Of a DNA stretch of 64,000 nucleotides, positions 38,601-50,600 are shown piece after piece. Each line of letters begins with the position of its first letter. The first letter of the stretch is position 1. The position numbers and the translations under genes are program-made. Source of the DNA: Pristiophorus japonicus (lineage: Eukaryota); NCBI RefSeq assembly GCF_044704955.1, contig NW_027254352.1:3224001-3288000 (forward strand), written 5' to 3'. The notes beneath the pieces are model-generated. The model made no database searches and was not told the DNA's origin. It saw nothing but the letters and a program-made list of their open reading frames with translations.

Positions 38601-41600
38601 AGATTGGGGCAGTAGGTGAGCTTTAGTGGTAGGAGAGATTGTTGGTGTAGGAGAGCTTGGCGGGTCGGAGTGTTTGTGGATAGGAGAGCTTGTGAGGTAA
38701 GAGAGCTTGGGAGTGGGTTGGAGAGCTTTGGGGTCTGAGAGCTTGCGCGGTACGAGAGCTTGTGGGTGGGTTGCAGAGCTTGTGGGGGTAGGAAAGCATG
38801 GTGGGTAGCAGAGCTTGCGGGGTAGGAGAGCATGGGGGTAAATGAGCTTGGGAGGTAAGAGAGGTTGGGGGTCCCGAGAGCTTGGGGGTTAGTAAAGCGT
38901 GTGGGGTAGGAGAGCTTGCGGTGAAGCAAGCATGGGGGTTAGGAGAGCTTGGGGGTTAGCAGAGATTGCGGGGTAGGAGAGCTTTGGCTTGTAGGAGAGC
39001 TTGGGGGAGTAGGAGAGCTTGGAGAATAGGAGAGCTTGGGGGAGGTGGTGAGCTTCGATGGGGTAGGAGAGCATGTGGGGAGGAGATCCTGCGGGGGACG
39101 AGAGTTGTGGGGTAGGAGATCTTGGGGTTCGGAGCGCTTGGTGGGTAGGATAGCTTGGGTGGTAGGAGAGCTTGCGGGGTAGGAGAGCTTGGCGGCGTCG
39201 GAGAAGATGGGTCGTGTCGGAGAGCTTGGGGTGTCGGAGATCTTGGGCTTGGAAAAAGCTTGCGGTGTCTTGGAGAGTTTGCAGGGTTTAAGAGAGCTTG
39301 GGCGGGTAGGAGAGCTTGGCGTGTAAGGAGAGCTTGGGTGGGGTTGGAGAGCTGGAGCTATAGTTGAGCGTAGGGTGCTGGAGAGCTTTAACGGGTAGTA
39401 GAGCCTTGGCGGATCGGAGGGCTTGGTGGGTGTAGGAGAGCTTGCAGTGGAAAGAGAGCGTGGGGAGTTATGAGAGCTTGGGGCGGTAGGAGAACTTGGA
39501 GGTGAAGAAGCACTTGGGCGGGAGGGTGATAGGAGAGCTTGGGTGTGGTTGAAGAGATTGGCGAGGTAGGAGAGTTTGCGGCGGTGGGAGAGCTTGGGAG
39601 GTATCAGAGATTGGGAGGGGTCGGATAGCTTGGGAGGGTAGGAGAGCTTGAGGGGTAGGAGCGCTTGTTCGGTAGGAGAGGTATTATGAAGGAGAGTTTG
39701 CGCGGTATGAGAGCTTGTAATTAGCAGAGCTTGTGGGGAAGGAGAGCTTGAGCGGGTTGGAGAGATTGGGGGTGGTGGAGTGCTTAGATGGGGTAGGAGA
39801 ACTTGGGGGGAGGAGATCTTGGGGGGGAGGAGAGTTGAGAGGTAGGAGATCTTGGGGTTAGGAGCGCATGGTGGCTAGAAAAGCATGGGTGGGAGGAGAG
39901 CTTTGGGGTTTCGGAGAGCTTGGTGGGTAGGATAGCTTTGCGGGTAGGAGACCTTGTGGGGAATGAGAGATGTGGTGGTAGAGGAGCAGGCGGGGTAGGA
40001 GTGCTTGGTAGGTGTGAGAACTTGGCGGGTAGGAGAGCTTGGTGGGTAGGAGAGCTTTGGCGGTCGGATAGTTTGAGGGAGTAGGAGAGGTTGTGGGGGA
40101 TGAGTGATTGCGACGGTACGAGAGCATGTGGGGTCGGAGAGATTGTGGGCGTAGGAGAGATTGGCGGGTAGGAGTGCTTGCCAGATAGGTGAGCTTGGGG
40201 GTGGGTAGGGGAGCTTACGGGAGGGTAGCAGAGCTTGTGGGGGTTAAGAGAACTTGGCGACGTAGGAGAGCTTGTGGCGGTAGGAGAGCTTGGGGCGTTA
40301 CCAGAGATTGCACGGTTGGAGCTTGGGTTAACTAAGCTTGGGTCGTAGGTAGCATGGGGTTTCAGGGAGCTTGGACGTTAGCAGAGTTTGGGGATAGATG
40401 AGCTTGCGGAGTAGGAGAGCTTGGGATGGAGAGCTTGCGGGGTAGGAGAGCTTCAGGGTTAGGAGATCTTTTCGGAGTTGGAGAGTTTGCTGCGGATGGC
40501 GGTAGGAGAGCTTCACGGGGTCGGAGAGCTTGCAGGTGTAGGAGACCTTGCGGGGAGTAGGAGAACTTGGCGGGTGTAGGAGAGCTTGTATGAGTCGGGG
40601 AGCTTGGAGGGGTAGGAGTGCTTGTGGTGGTAGGAGAGATTGAGCGGTTAGGAGAACTTGCGGGGTTAGGAGAGCTTGGGGGCGTCGGAGAGCTTCGGGC
40701 GTGTCGGAGAGCTTGAGCTGGTAGCAGAGCTTGTGGGGTATGAGAGCTCGGCGCGGTAGTAGAGCTTCGGCGGGTCGGTGAGCTTCGGTGTAGGAGAGCT
40801 TGGGGCGGTACGAGAGCTTGCAGAGTATTAGACCTTGCGGGGGTAGGCGAGCCTGGGCCTGTAAACGAGCTGAGGTTGCGTGAGATCTTGGGGGTTAGGA
40901 AAGCTGGGGAGGTAGCAGAGCTGGGTGGTTGGGAGATCTTGGGGGGTAGGAGAGCGTGGGGGTAGGAGTCTTTGTAGGTTAGGAGAGCTTGAGGGGTAGG
41001 AGAGCTTGGGGTGTGTAGGAGAGCTTGAGGGGTTCAGAGAACTTGGTGGGTAGGAGAGCATGAGGGGTGTAGGTGAGCTTGCTGGTTTAGGAGAGCTTGG
41101 GCGGGAAGGAGAGCTTGGCGGCGAAGGAGAGCTCAGCGGGATAGGAGAGCTTGGGTGGGATATGGGAGCTGGTCGGATCTGAGAACTTGGGTGGTGTAGG
41201 AGAGCTTTAGGGTTTAAGAGAACTTGGGGGGAGGGGTAGGATAGGTTGCGGAGTAGGTGAGTTTGGGCTGTTACGAGAGCTTGGGTGGTGTAGGAGGGCT
41301 TGAGGTGGTAAGAGAACTTGGCAGTGTACGCGAGCTTGGGGAGGTAGGAGAGCTTGCGGGGTCCGGGCGCTTGGGCGGGTATGCTAGCTTGGGGAGGTAG
41401 GAGAGCTGGGGGGTAGGAGAGCTTGATGGTAGGAGAGCTTCGGATTTAGGAGAGCTTGGGTTGTTTGGAGAGCTTGGTGGGTTAGGAGAGCTTGGGGACG
41501 GGGTTAGGAGATCTATGAGAGTATAGGAGAGCTTGGGGTGGTAGGATAACTTGGCAGGTAGGAGAGCTTGTGGGGAATGAGATATGTGGTGGTAGGGGAG

Positions 41601-44600
41601 CTGGCGGGGTAGGAGAGATTGGTAGGTAGGAGAACTTGGCGGGCAGGAGAGCTTGGTGGGTAGGAGAACTTTGGCGGTAGGAGAGCTTGGGTGACAAGGA
41701 GAGCTTGTGGGGGATGAGAGATTGGGGCGGTACGAGAGCATGTGGGGTCGGAGAGATTGTGGCGGTAGGAGAGCTTGGGGGGTTACCAGAGATTGCGGGT
41801 TGGAGAGCTAGGGTTAGGTGAGCTTGGTGGCGTAGGAAGCATGGGATTTCGGAGAGCTTGGACGTTAGAAGAGTTTGGTGATAGATGAGCTTGCGGGGTA
41901 GGAGATCTTGGGGGAGGAGAGCTTGGGGGATTAGGAGAGCTTGCGCGGGTCGGAGAGCTTGAGAGCGTAGGAGTGCTTGGCGGGGTTGGAGAGTTTGGTG
42001 GGTAGGAGGGCTTGTGGGTAGGTGATTTTGGGGGCTAGGAGAGCTAGCGGGTTTGCAGAGCCTGGCTGGTAGAAGAGTATGGGTGGGGTAGGAGAGCATG
42101 GGGATTAGGAGATTTGGTGTTCGGATAGCTTGGGCGTGTAGAATATATTAATGGGTCGGAGAGGTTCGGCATGTAGGAGAGCTTGGAGCTTAGGGTAGTT
42201 TGGGTAGTAGCAGAGCTTGGCGGTGGAGGAGATTTTGCGGGGGGCGCAGGATTGCCTTGGGGGTTAGCAGAGCTTAGGGGTGGTAAGAGAGCTTGGCGGG
42301 TAGGAGTGGTTGGGAGGGTAGGAGAGCTTTGGCGGTTGGAGAGCTTTGGTGAGAAGGAGAGCTTGTGGGGGATGAGAGATTGCGGTGGTACGAGAGATCG
42401 TGGGTTCGGTGAGATTGTGGGCGTAGGAGAGCTTGGTGAGTCGGAGTGCTTGCGGGGTAGGTGAGCTTGGGGGTGGGTAGGGAAGCTGAGGGGAGGGTAT
42501 GATAGTTTTTTTGGGGGGGGTGTTAAGAGAACTTGGCGGTGTAGGAGAGCTTGTGGTGGGAGGAGAGCTTGGGGGGGTTACCAGAGATTGCGGGGTCGGA
42601 GAGCTTGTGGGCAGGTGAGCTTGGGGGCGAAGGAAGCATTGGGTTTCGGAGAGCTTGGACGTTAGCAGATTTTGGGTAAAGATGAGCTTGCGGGGTAGGA
42701 GATCTTGGGGGAGGAGAACTTGGGGGTATGAGAGCTTGTGGGGTAGGAGAGCATCGGGGTTATGTGAGCTTGTCGGGGTCGGAGAGCTTGCTGGTGTGGG
42801 CGGTAGGAGAGCTTCAAGTGTTAGGAGAGCTTGCAGGTGCAGGAGATCTTGTGGGGGAGTAGGAGAGCTTGGCGGCTGTCGGAGAGCTTGTGTGGATCGT
42901 GGAGCTTGGAGGGGTAGGAGTGCTTGTGGTGGCAGGAGAGATTGAGTGGGTAGGAGAGCATGCGGGGTTAGGAGAGCTTGGGGGCGTTGGAGAGCTTGGG
43001 GCGTGTAGGAGAGCTTGAGGTGGTAGGAGAGCTTGGGCGGGTAGGCGAGCTTTAGTGTCGGAGAGTTTGGCGGGAGCAGGTCAGCTTGCGTGGTTGGAGA
43101 CCTTTGGGCGGTACGAGAGCTTGCGGAGTATTAGACCTTGCGGGGGTAGGCGAGCTTGCATGTGGGTTGGAGAGCTTGACATATAAGCGAGCTGGCAGGG
43201 TGTGAGATCTTGCAGGGTAGGAGAGCTGGGGCGGTAGGCGAGCTGGGACGGTAGCAGAGCTGGGTGGTTGGGTGAGCTTTGCGGGTCGGAGAGCTTTGTT
43301 GGTAGGAGTCTTTGTGAGTTAGGAGAACTTGCGGGGTAGGAGAGCTTGCGGGGGGTTACGAGAACTTGGAGAGCTTGGCGGCAGCAGACCTTGTCGGGTA
43401 GTAGAGCTTGGGGGCAGGAGAGCTTGTGGGCTAGGAGAGATGGGGACTTGATCGGAGAGATTGGGTGCAGGAGAGCTTCGGTTATTAGGAGAGCTTAGGC
43501 GGATCGGAGAGCTTGACAGCGTAGGAGGGCTTGGCGTGGTAGGAGAGTTTGGCGGGTAGGAGAGCTTGTGGGTAGTTGAGTTTGGGGGCTAGGAGAGCTG
43601 CGGGTTTGCAGAGGCTGGCGTGTAGGAGAGCTTGGGTGGGGTATGAGAGCATGGGGATTAGGAGATTTTGGGGTTAGATTTGATTGGGCGTGTAGCATAG
43701 TTTTTGGGTAGGAGAGGTTGGGCATGTAGGAGAGCTTGGAGCATAGGGGAGTTTGCGTGGTAACGGAGCTTGGCGGTGCAGGACATCTTGGAGGGGTGGG
43801 GGCAGGATTGCCTTGGGGGTTAGAAGAGCTTCGGGGTGGTATGAGAGCTTTGCGGGTAGGAGTGGTTGGGAGGGTAGGTGTGCTTTGGTGGATGGAGAGC
43901 TTGGGCAGGTATGAGAGCTTGGCTGGATAGGAGAGATTGGACGGTAGGAGAGCTTGGGAGGTAGTAGCACTTGCGGGGTGGGAGAGCTTGTGGAGTAGGA
44001 GAGCTTGGGGAAGTAGGAGAGCTTGGGGGTGGTGGAGAGCTTGGGGCGAGAACAACAGCTTGCGGGGTAGGAGAGCTTGGGGGTTACGAGAGCTGGTGGG
44101 ATCGGATAAATTGGGATGTAGGCGAGCTTGTTGAGGGTAGGAGAGCTTGTGGAATCGGAGAGGTTGCGGTGTGCGAGAGCTTGTGGGGTCGGAGAGCTTG
44201 TGGTGGTAGGAGAGTTTGATGGCATTGGAGAGCTTGGGGTGTAGGAGAGCTTAGGAGCGTAGGAGACCTTCTGGGGATCGGCGATCTTGTGAGTGTAGGA
44301 GGGCTTGCGGGGTAGGAGAGTTTAGGGTGCAGGAGAGCTTCGATGGGTAGGAGAGCTTGGGGGGCGAGAAGAGCTTAGTGGTAGTAGGAGACCTTGGCGG
44401 GCAGGTGAGGTTGGTGGTTAGCAGAGCTTGGGTGGATAGGAGATCTTGGGCGGGTTGGAGAGCTTGAGCAGTTGGCGAAATTGTGCGGCGGTTGGAGATG
44501 TTGGCTGAATAGGAGAGCTTGGGTGAGTGGGAGAGACTAGGGGTATTGTAGAGCTTGCGTGGGGTAGGAGAGCATGGGGTTAGGAGAGCTTGCATGGTAG

Positions 44601-47600
44601 GAGAGTTTAGGGGAGTAGGAGAGTTTGGGGGTAGGAGCGGTTCGGGGGTAGGAGAACTTGCGGTGGCAGGAGAGGTTGGCTGGGGTAGGAGTGTTTGGGC
44701 GGTAGGAGGGCTTGAGCGCACATGACAGCTTGCGGCGGTACGGGAGCTTGGACGAGTAGGAGAGCTTGGCGGGGTAGGAGAGCTTGTAGGGTAGGAGAGC
44801 TTGAAGAGTAGGAGAGCTTGGGAGGCCAGGAGAGATTGGGGAGGTAGTAGGGCTTGGGGAGGGTTGGAGAGTTTAGCGGGGTAGGAGAGCTTGGGGGAAG
44901 GAGAGGTTGTGAGTCGGAGAGCTTGGCGGGTACGAGAGCTTTGCGGGTTCGGGCAGCTTGAATCGTAGGAGAGCTTGAGCGGGTATCTGACTTGCGGGGG
45001 AAAGATAATTTGCGTGTGTAGAGGTGCTTGGGGGTTAGGAGAGCTTGGGGCATCGGAGAGCTTGGCGTGTAGGAGAGCTAGTGGGGGAAGGATAGATAGC
45101 GGGTATTAGAGCGTGGTGGGTTTGAGAGCTTGGGGGCAGTAGTGCTTGGGGGATAGTGGAGCTTGCGGATTGGTAGGAAAGCTTGGGGGCGTAGGTGAGC
45201 TTGGCTGGCAGGAGAGCTTGTGGGGTAGGACAGCTTGCGGTGTAGGAGAGCTTGTAGGGTAGAAGCGATTGGAAGTGGTTGGAGATCATTGGTGGTAGTA
45301 GCGCCCTGAGGGAGTATGAGAGCTTGGGGGTCTTGGAGAGCTTTGGGGGGTCGGATAGCTTGGGTGGGTAGGAGAGCTGGCTGTGTCGGAGTGTTTGGGG
45401 GTGTAGGAGAGCTAAGGGGATAGGAAAGCTTGGGGGGTAGAGGAGCTTGCGGGGTATGAGAGCTTGGTGGGAAGGAACGCTTAGGCGGTAGGAGAACTTG
45501 GCGGTCGGAGAGCTTAGGGTTCGGTAAGATCGGGGGCGTAGGTGAGCTCGGCGTGGGGGAGGAGAGCTTGGCGGGTATGAGCGCTTGGTAGGGGTTGGAG
45601 ATATTGGGCTAGAGGAGAGCTTGTGGGCATATAAATTTGGGGTATAGTCGAGCTTGGGTGTGCGTAGGAGAGCTTGGGTGGTAGGATAGCTTGTGTCTAA
45701 GAGACTTGCGGGTGTAGCAGAGCACGGTGGCTCGGAGAACTCAGGGGGTCGGAGATCTTGGAGGGGTAGGAGAGCTTGGGCTTGTAGCAGAAGTTGTGGT
45801 GTCGGAGAACTTGGGGATTTGGAGAGGATTTGGGGGTAGAACTGTTTAGATGGGTTGGAGAGCTTGGGGTAGGAGTGGTTGGGCGGGAGGAGAGCATCAG
45901 CGCGTATGAGAGCTTGGGAGGGTAGGACAGCACGGGCGGTAGGGGAGCTGGGGAGGTAGTAGGGTTGGGGGGGTTTGGAGAGCTTGGAGGGTAGGAGAGC
46001 TTGCGGGGTAGGAGAGCTTGAGAGGGAAGAGGTGCTTGGAGGGGAGGAGATCTTCGCGCGGAAGCAAAGCTTGCGGGTGCGTCGAAGAACTTGCGGTTGA
46101 AGGAGTGTTGGAAGTTCGGAGAGCATGGGCGGGTAGGAGAGCGTCGGTGTGCAGGAGAGCTTGGGTGGGTAGGACACTTCAGGCGTGTAGGAGAGCACGG
46201 CGGGGTAGGAGAGCTTGGGGGTGATGTTGGAGAGCTTTGTGGGTCGGAGAGCTTGTGGGGTAGGATAGCTTTGCGGTGGGAGTAGGAGAGCTTGCGAGTT
46301 AGGGTAGTTTGGGGTGGCAGGAGAGCTTGGGGACATGAGAGCTTGTGGCGGTAGGAGAGCTTGGGTGGTTAGGAGAGATTCGGGGAGTTCGGAGAGCTTG
46401 GAGCGGTAGGATAGCTTGGGGTGTAAGAGAGCATGGGGATGAGGATTGCTTGGGCGGGTAGGAGAGCTTGATGGGTTTGAGAGCTTGGGATTTTGTGAGC
46501 TTGCGGTGTAGGAGAGCTTGTGAGTTAGGAGAGCGTGGCGGGTAGGGGATCTTTGGTGGTGTAGGAGAGCATGGGGTTTAGAAGTGTTTAGGGAATAGGA
46601 GAGCTTTGGGGGTAGGAGAGCTTTGGGGGTTGGAGAGCTTGGCGGGTAGGAGAGCTTGTGCAGTTAGGAGAGCCTGGTCGGGTAGGAGAGCTTGTGGGTT
46701 AGGAGAGCTGGGATAGCACGAGAGCATGGGGGGTTAAGAGAGCTTGTGGGTGTTGGAGAGCTTGGGGAGAGGAGAACTTTTGGGGTGCAGGAGAGCTTTG
46801 GGTGGTTCGAGAGCTTGTGGGGGTAGGTGTGCTCAGGGTGATAGGAGAGCTGGGAGGTAGGAAAGATTGGGCGGTGAGGGTAGGAGAGCTTGCGAGTTAG
46901 GAGAGTTGGGGGGCAGGAGAGCTTGGGGAAATGATATTTGAGGCGGTAAGAGTGCTTGGGAGGGGTGTAGGACGGCGTGTGGGAGGTCGGAGAGCTTGGG
47001 GGGGAAGGAGAGCTTGGGTTCGTAGAAGAACTTGGGCGGGTAGGAGAGCTTGGGGGTTAGGAGCGCTGCGGTGGCAGGAGCGCTTTCGCGTGTAGGAGTT
47101 GTTGCGGATAGCTATGTGTGGTAGGAACGCTTGGATGGTGTCGGAGAGCTTAGGTGGTGTTGGAGGTTTTGCAGCGTAGGTGAGCTTAGATGGAAGGTGA
47201 GCTTGAGGGGGAAGGAATGCTTGGGGTGTAGGACAGACTGAGAAGTCGGAGAGATTGGCGGTAGGAGAGCTTGGGGGTTAGGATAGCTTGGGAGTGGGGT
47301 AGGAGATATTCGGGGATATGAGAGCTTGGAGTGGTAGGAGAGCTTGGTGGGGTAGGATAGCTGTGGCGGTAGCATAGCTGCGGAAGTAGCGGAGCAGGGG
47401 CACTGGCTGAGCTTGGGAGGTAGGTGAGTTTGCGGGGTTGGAGAGCTTGGGAGTTAGGAGAGCTTTGGTGGGTAGGACAGCTTGGGGGGATTGAGAGCTT
47501 GGGGCGGTGGTAGAGCTTAGAGAGTTGGGAGAGTTGGTGGGTTGAAGGGCTTGACGGGGCAGGAGACCTTTGGGTGGTCGGTGAGCTTGGGGGTGGGTAA

Positions 47601-50600
47601 GAGAGCTTTGTTGGGTAGGACAGCTTGGGGGTTTTGAGAGCTTGGGGCGGTGGGAGGGTTTGGCGGGATAGTAGAGCTGGGTGGATAAGATAGCTTGACG
47701 GGGAGGAGAGCTTGAGGAGGGGGTAGGTTTGAGAAAATGCGGTTGTTGGAGAGCTGGGGTGGTTGGAGAATTTTTCGGGTAGGAGAGCTTGGGGAGAGGG
47801 TAGGAGAGCTTTGGTGGTGTTAGAGAGCTTGGGGTGGTAAGAGTGCATGGATGGGGTAGAAGTGATTGTCGGGTTTAGGAAAGCATTGGGGATAGGAGTC
47901 CTTTGTGGGCTCGGACAGCTGGGGCGATAGGAGAGCTGGGGAAGTAGGAGGGTTGGGGGGGTTGGAGAGATTCGGGGTAGGAGAGCTTGTGGGGTATGAG
48001 AGCTTGAGAAGGAAAGGGTGCTTGGAGAGTAGGAGAGCTTCGGGGGTGTAGGAGAACTTGGGGGGGGATGAGAGATTGGGGCAGTAGGTGAGCTTTAGTG
48101 GTAGCAGAGATTGTTGGGGTAGGAGAGCTTGGCGGGTCGGAGTGCTTGTGGGTAGGAGAGCTTGTGGGGTAGGAGAGCTTGGGGATGGGTTGGAGAGCTT
48201 GTGCGGGTAGGAAAGCATGGTGGGTAGCAGAGCTTGTGGGGTAGGAGAGCATGAGGGTAAATGAGCTTGGGAGGTAAGAGAGATTGGGCAATCCGAGAGC
48301 TTGGGGGTTAGTAAAGCGTGTGGGATAGGAGAGATTGCGGTGTAGGAAGCATGGGGGTTAGGAGAGCTTGGGGGTTAGCAGAGATTGCGGGGTCGGAGAG
48401 CTTTGGCGTGTAGGAGAGCTTGGGGTTAGGAGAACTTGGGGGATAGGAGAGCTTGGGGGAGGTGGTGAGCTTAGATGGGGTAGGAGAGCTTGTGGGGAGG
48501 AGATCCTGGGCGGGAGGAGGGTTGTGGGATAGGAGGTCCTGGGCTTCGGAGCGCTTGGTGGGTAGGAAAGCTTGGGTGGTACGAGAGCTTGCGGGGTAGG
48601 AGAGCTTGGCGACGTCGGAGAACATGGGTCGTGTCGGAGAGCTTGGGGTGTCGGAGAGCTTGGGCGTGTCGGAGACCTTGCTGGGGGTAGGAGAACTTGA
48701 CGGCGTCGGAGAACATGGGTCGTGTAGGAGAGCTGGCGTGTAGGAGAGGTTTGGCGTGTAGGAGAGCTTGTGGGATGGAGGAGAGCTTTTGGAGGTTGGA
48801 GAGCGTGGGGCGGTAGGACAGTTTGTGGGGGTAAGTGAGAATGGGGTGTAGGAGAGCTTGGCTGTGTGGTAGAGTTTGTGGGGATAGCAGAGCTTCGGGC
48901 GATAGGAGAGCTTGGGGGGAAGAAGAACTTGGGGGTTGGTAGGAGAGCTTGGGTGGGGTGGAGAGCTTTGCGATGTTGGAGATTTTGAGGCGGTGGGAGA
49001 GCTCGGGGTTACGAGAGCTTGGGATGGGTAGCATGGCTTGGGCGGTAGGAGAGGTTGTGTGCAGGAGAGTTTGCGGGGTAGGAGAACTTGGAGTTAGCAG
49101 AGTTTGTGGGGAAGGAGATCTTGAGCGGGTAGGAGAGCATGGAGCTGGTGGAGAGCTTAGATGGGGTAGGAGAGCTTGGGCGGAGGAGATCTTGGGGGGG
49201 AGGAGAGTTGAGGTGTAGGAGACCTTGGGGTTAGGAGCGCTTGGTGGGTAGGAAAGCTTGTGTGGTAGGAGAGCGTGGGGGCTAGGAGAGTTTGAGGACG
49301 TAGGAGAGCTTGTGGATAGGTGCGCTTGCGGGGTTACGAGAGCTTGTGTGGTGTAGGAGAGCTTGAGGGGGTAAGAGAACTTGGTGGGAAGGAGAGCTTG
49401 ACGGGTGTAGGAGAGCTTGGGAGTTTAGGAGAACTTGGCCGGGTAGGAGAGCTTGGCGGGGTGGGACAGCTTAGCGGGGTAGGAGAGCTTGGGTGGGATA
49501 CAGGAGTTGGTCGGGTATGAGAGCTTGGGTGGTGTAGGAGAGCTTGAGGGGATAAGAGAAATTGGGCGGGGGGGGGTAGGAGAGCTTGCGGAGTAGGTGC
49601 GCTTGGACTGTTACGAGTGCTTGGGTGGTGTAGGAGAGCTTGAGGGTGTAAGATAACTTGGCGGTGTACGAGAGCTTGGGGAGGTAGGACAGCTTGGGGG
49701 TTATGGGAGATTGGGCGTGTATGCGAGCTTGGGGAGGTCGGAGAGCTGGGGGGTAGGAGGGCTTGTTGGTAGGAGAGTTTCGGATTTAGGAGAGCTTGGC
49801 TTGGTTGGAGAGCTTGCGGGGTTAGGAGAGCTTGGGGTGGGGGTTAGGAGAGCTATGACGGTGTAGGAGAGCTTGGGGTGGTAGGAGATCATGGCGGGAT
49901 GGAGAGCTTGGGTGTGGGTAGAAGAGCTTGTGAGGGAAGAGGCGCTTGGCATGTAAGAGAGAATGGGTGCGTAGGAGAGCTTGGGGGTTGAGGAGAGCTT
50001 GGTGGGTATGAGAGATTGTCGGGTAGTAGAGCTTGTGGGGAAGGAGAGATGTGGTGGTATGGGTGCTGGCGGGGTAAGAGAGCTTGGTAGGTAGGAGAAC
50101 TTGGCGGGCAGAAGAGCTTGGTGGGTAGGAGAGCTTTGGCGGTAGGAGAGCTTGGGGAGTAGGAGAGCTTGGGGTGGTTCCCAGAGATTGCGGGTTAGGA
50201 GAGCTTGGGGGTAGGTGAGCTTGCGGGCGTAGGAAGCATGGGGTTGAGGAGAGCTTGGACGTTATCAGAGTTTGCGAATAGATGAGCATGCGGGGAAGGA
50301 GAGCTTGGGGGAGGAGAGCTTGCGGGGCAGGAGAGCTTTCTGGGTCGGATTGCTTGGGGTTTAGGAGAGCTTGTCTGTGTCGGAGAGCTTCCTGGGAGGG
50401 CGCTAGGAGAGCTTCACGTGGTACGAGAGCTTGCGGGTGTCGAAGACGTTGCGGGGAGTAGGAGAGCTTGGCGGGTGTCGGAGAGCTTGTGTGGGTCGGG
50501 GTGCTGGAATGGTAGGAGTGCTTTTGCTGGTAGGAGAGATTGAGTGGATATGAGAGTTTGCGGGGTTAGGAGAGCTTGGGGGCGTCGGATAGCTTGGGGC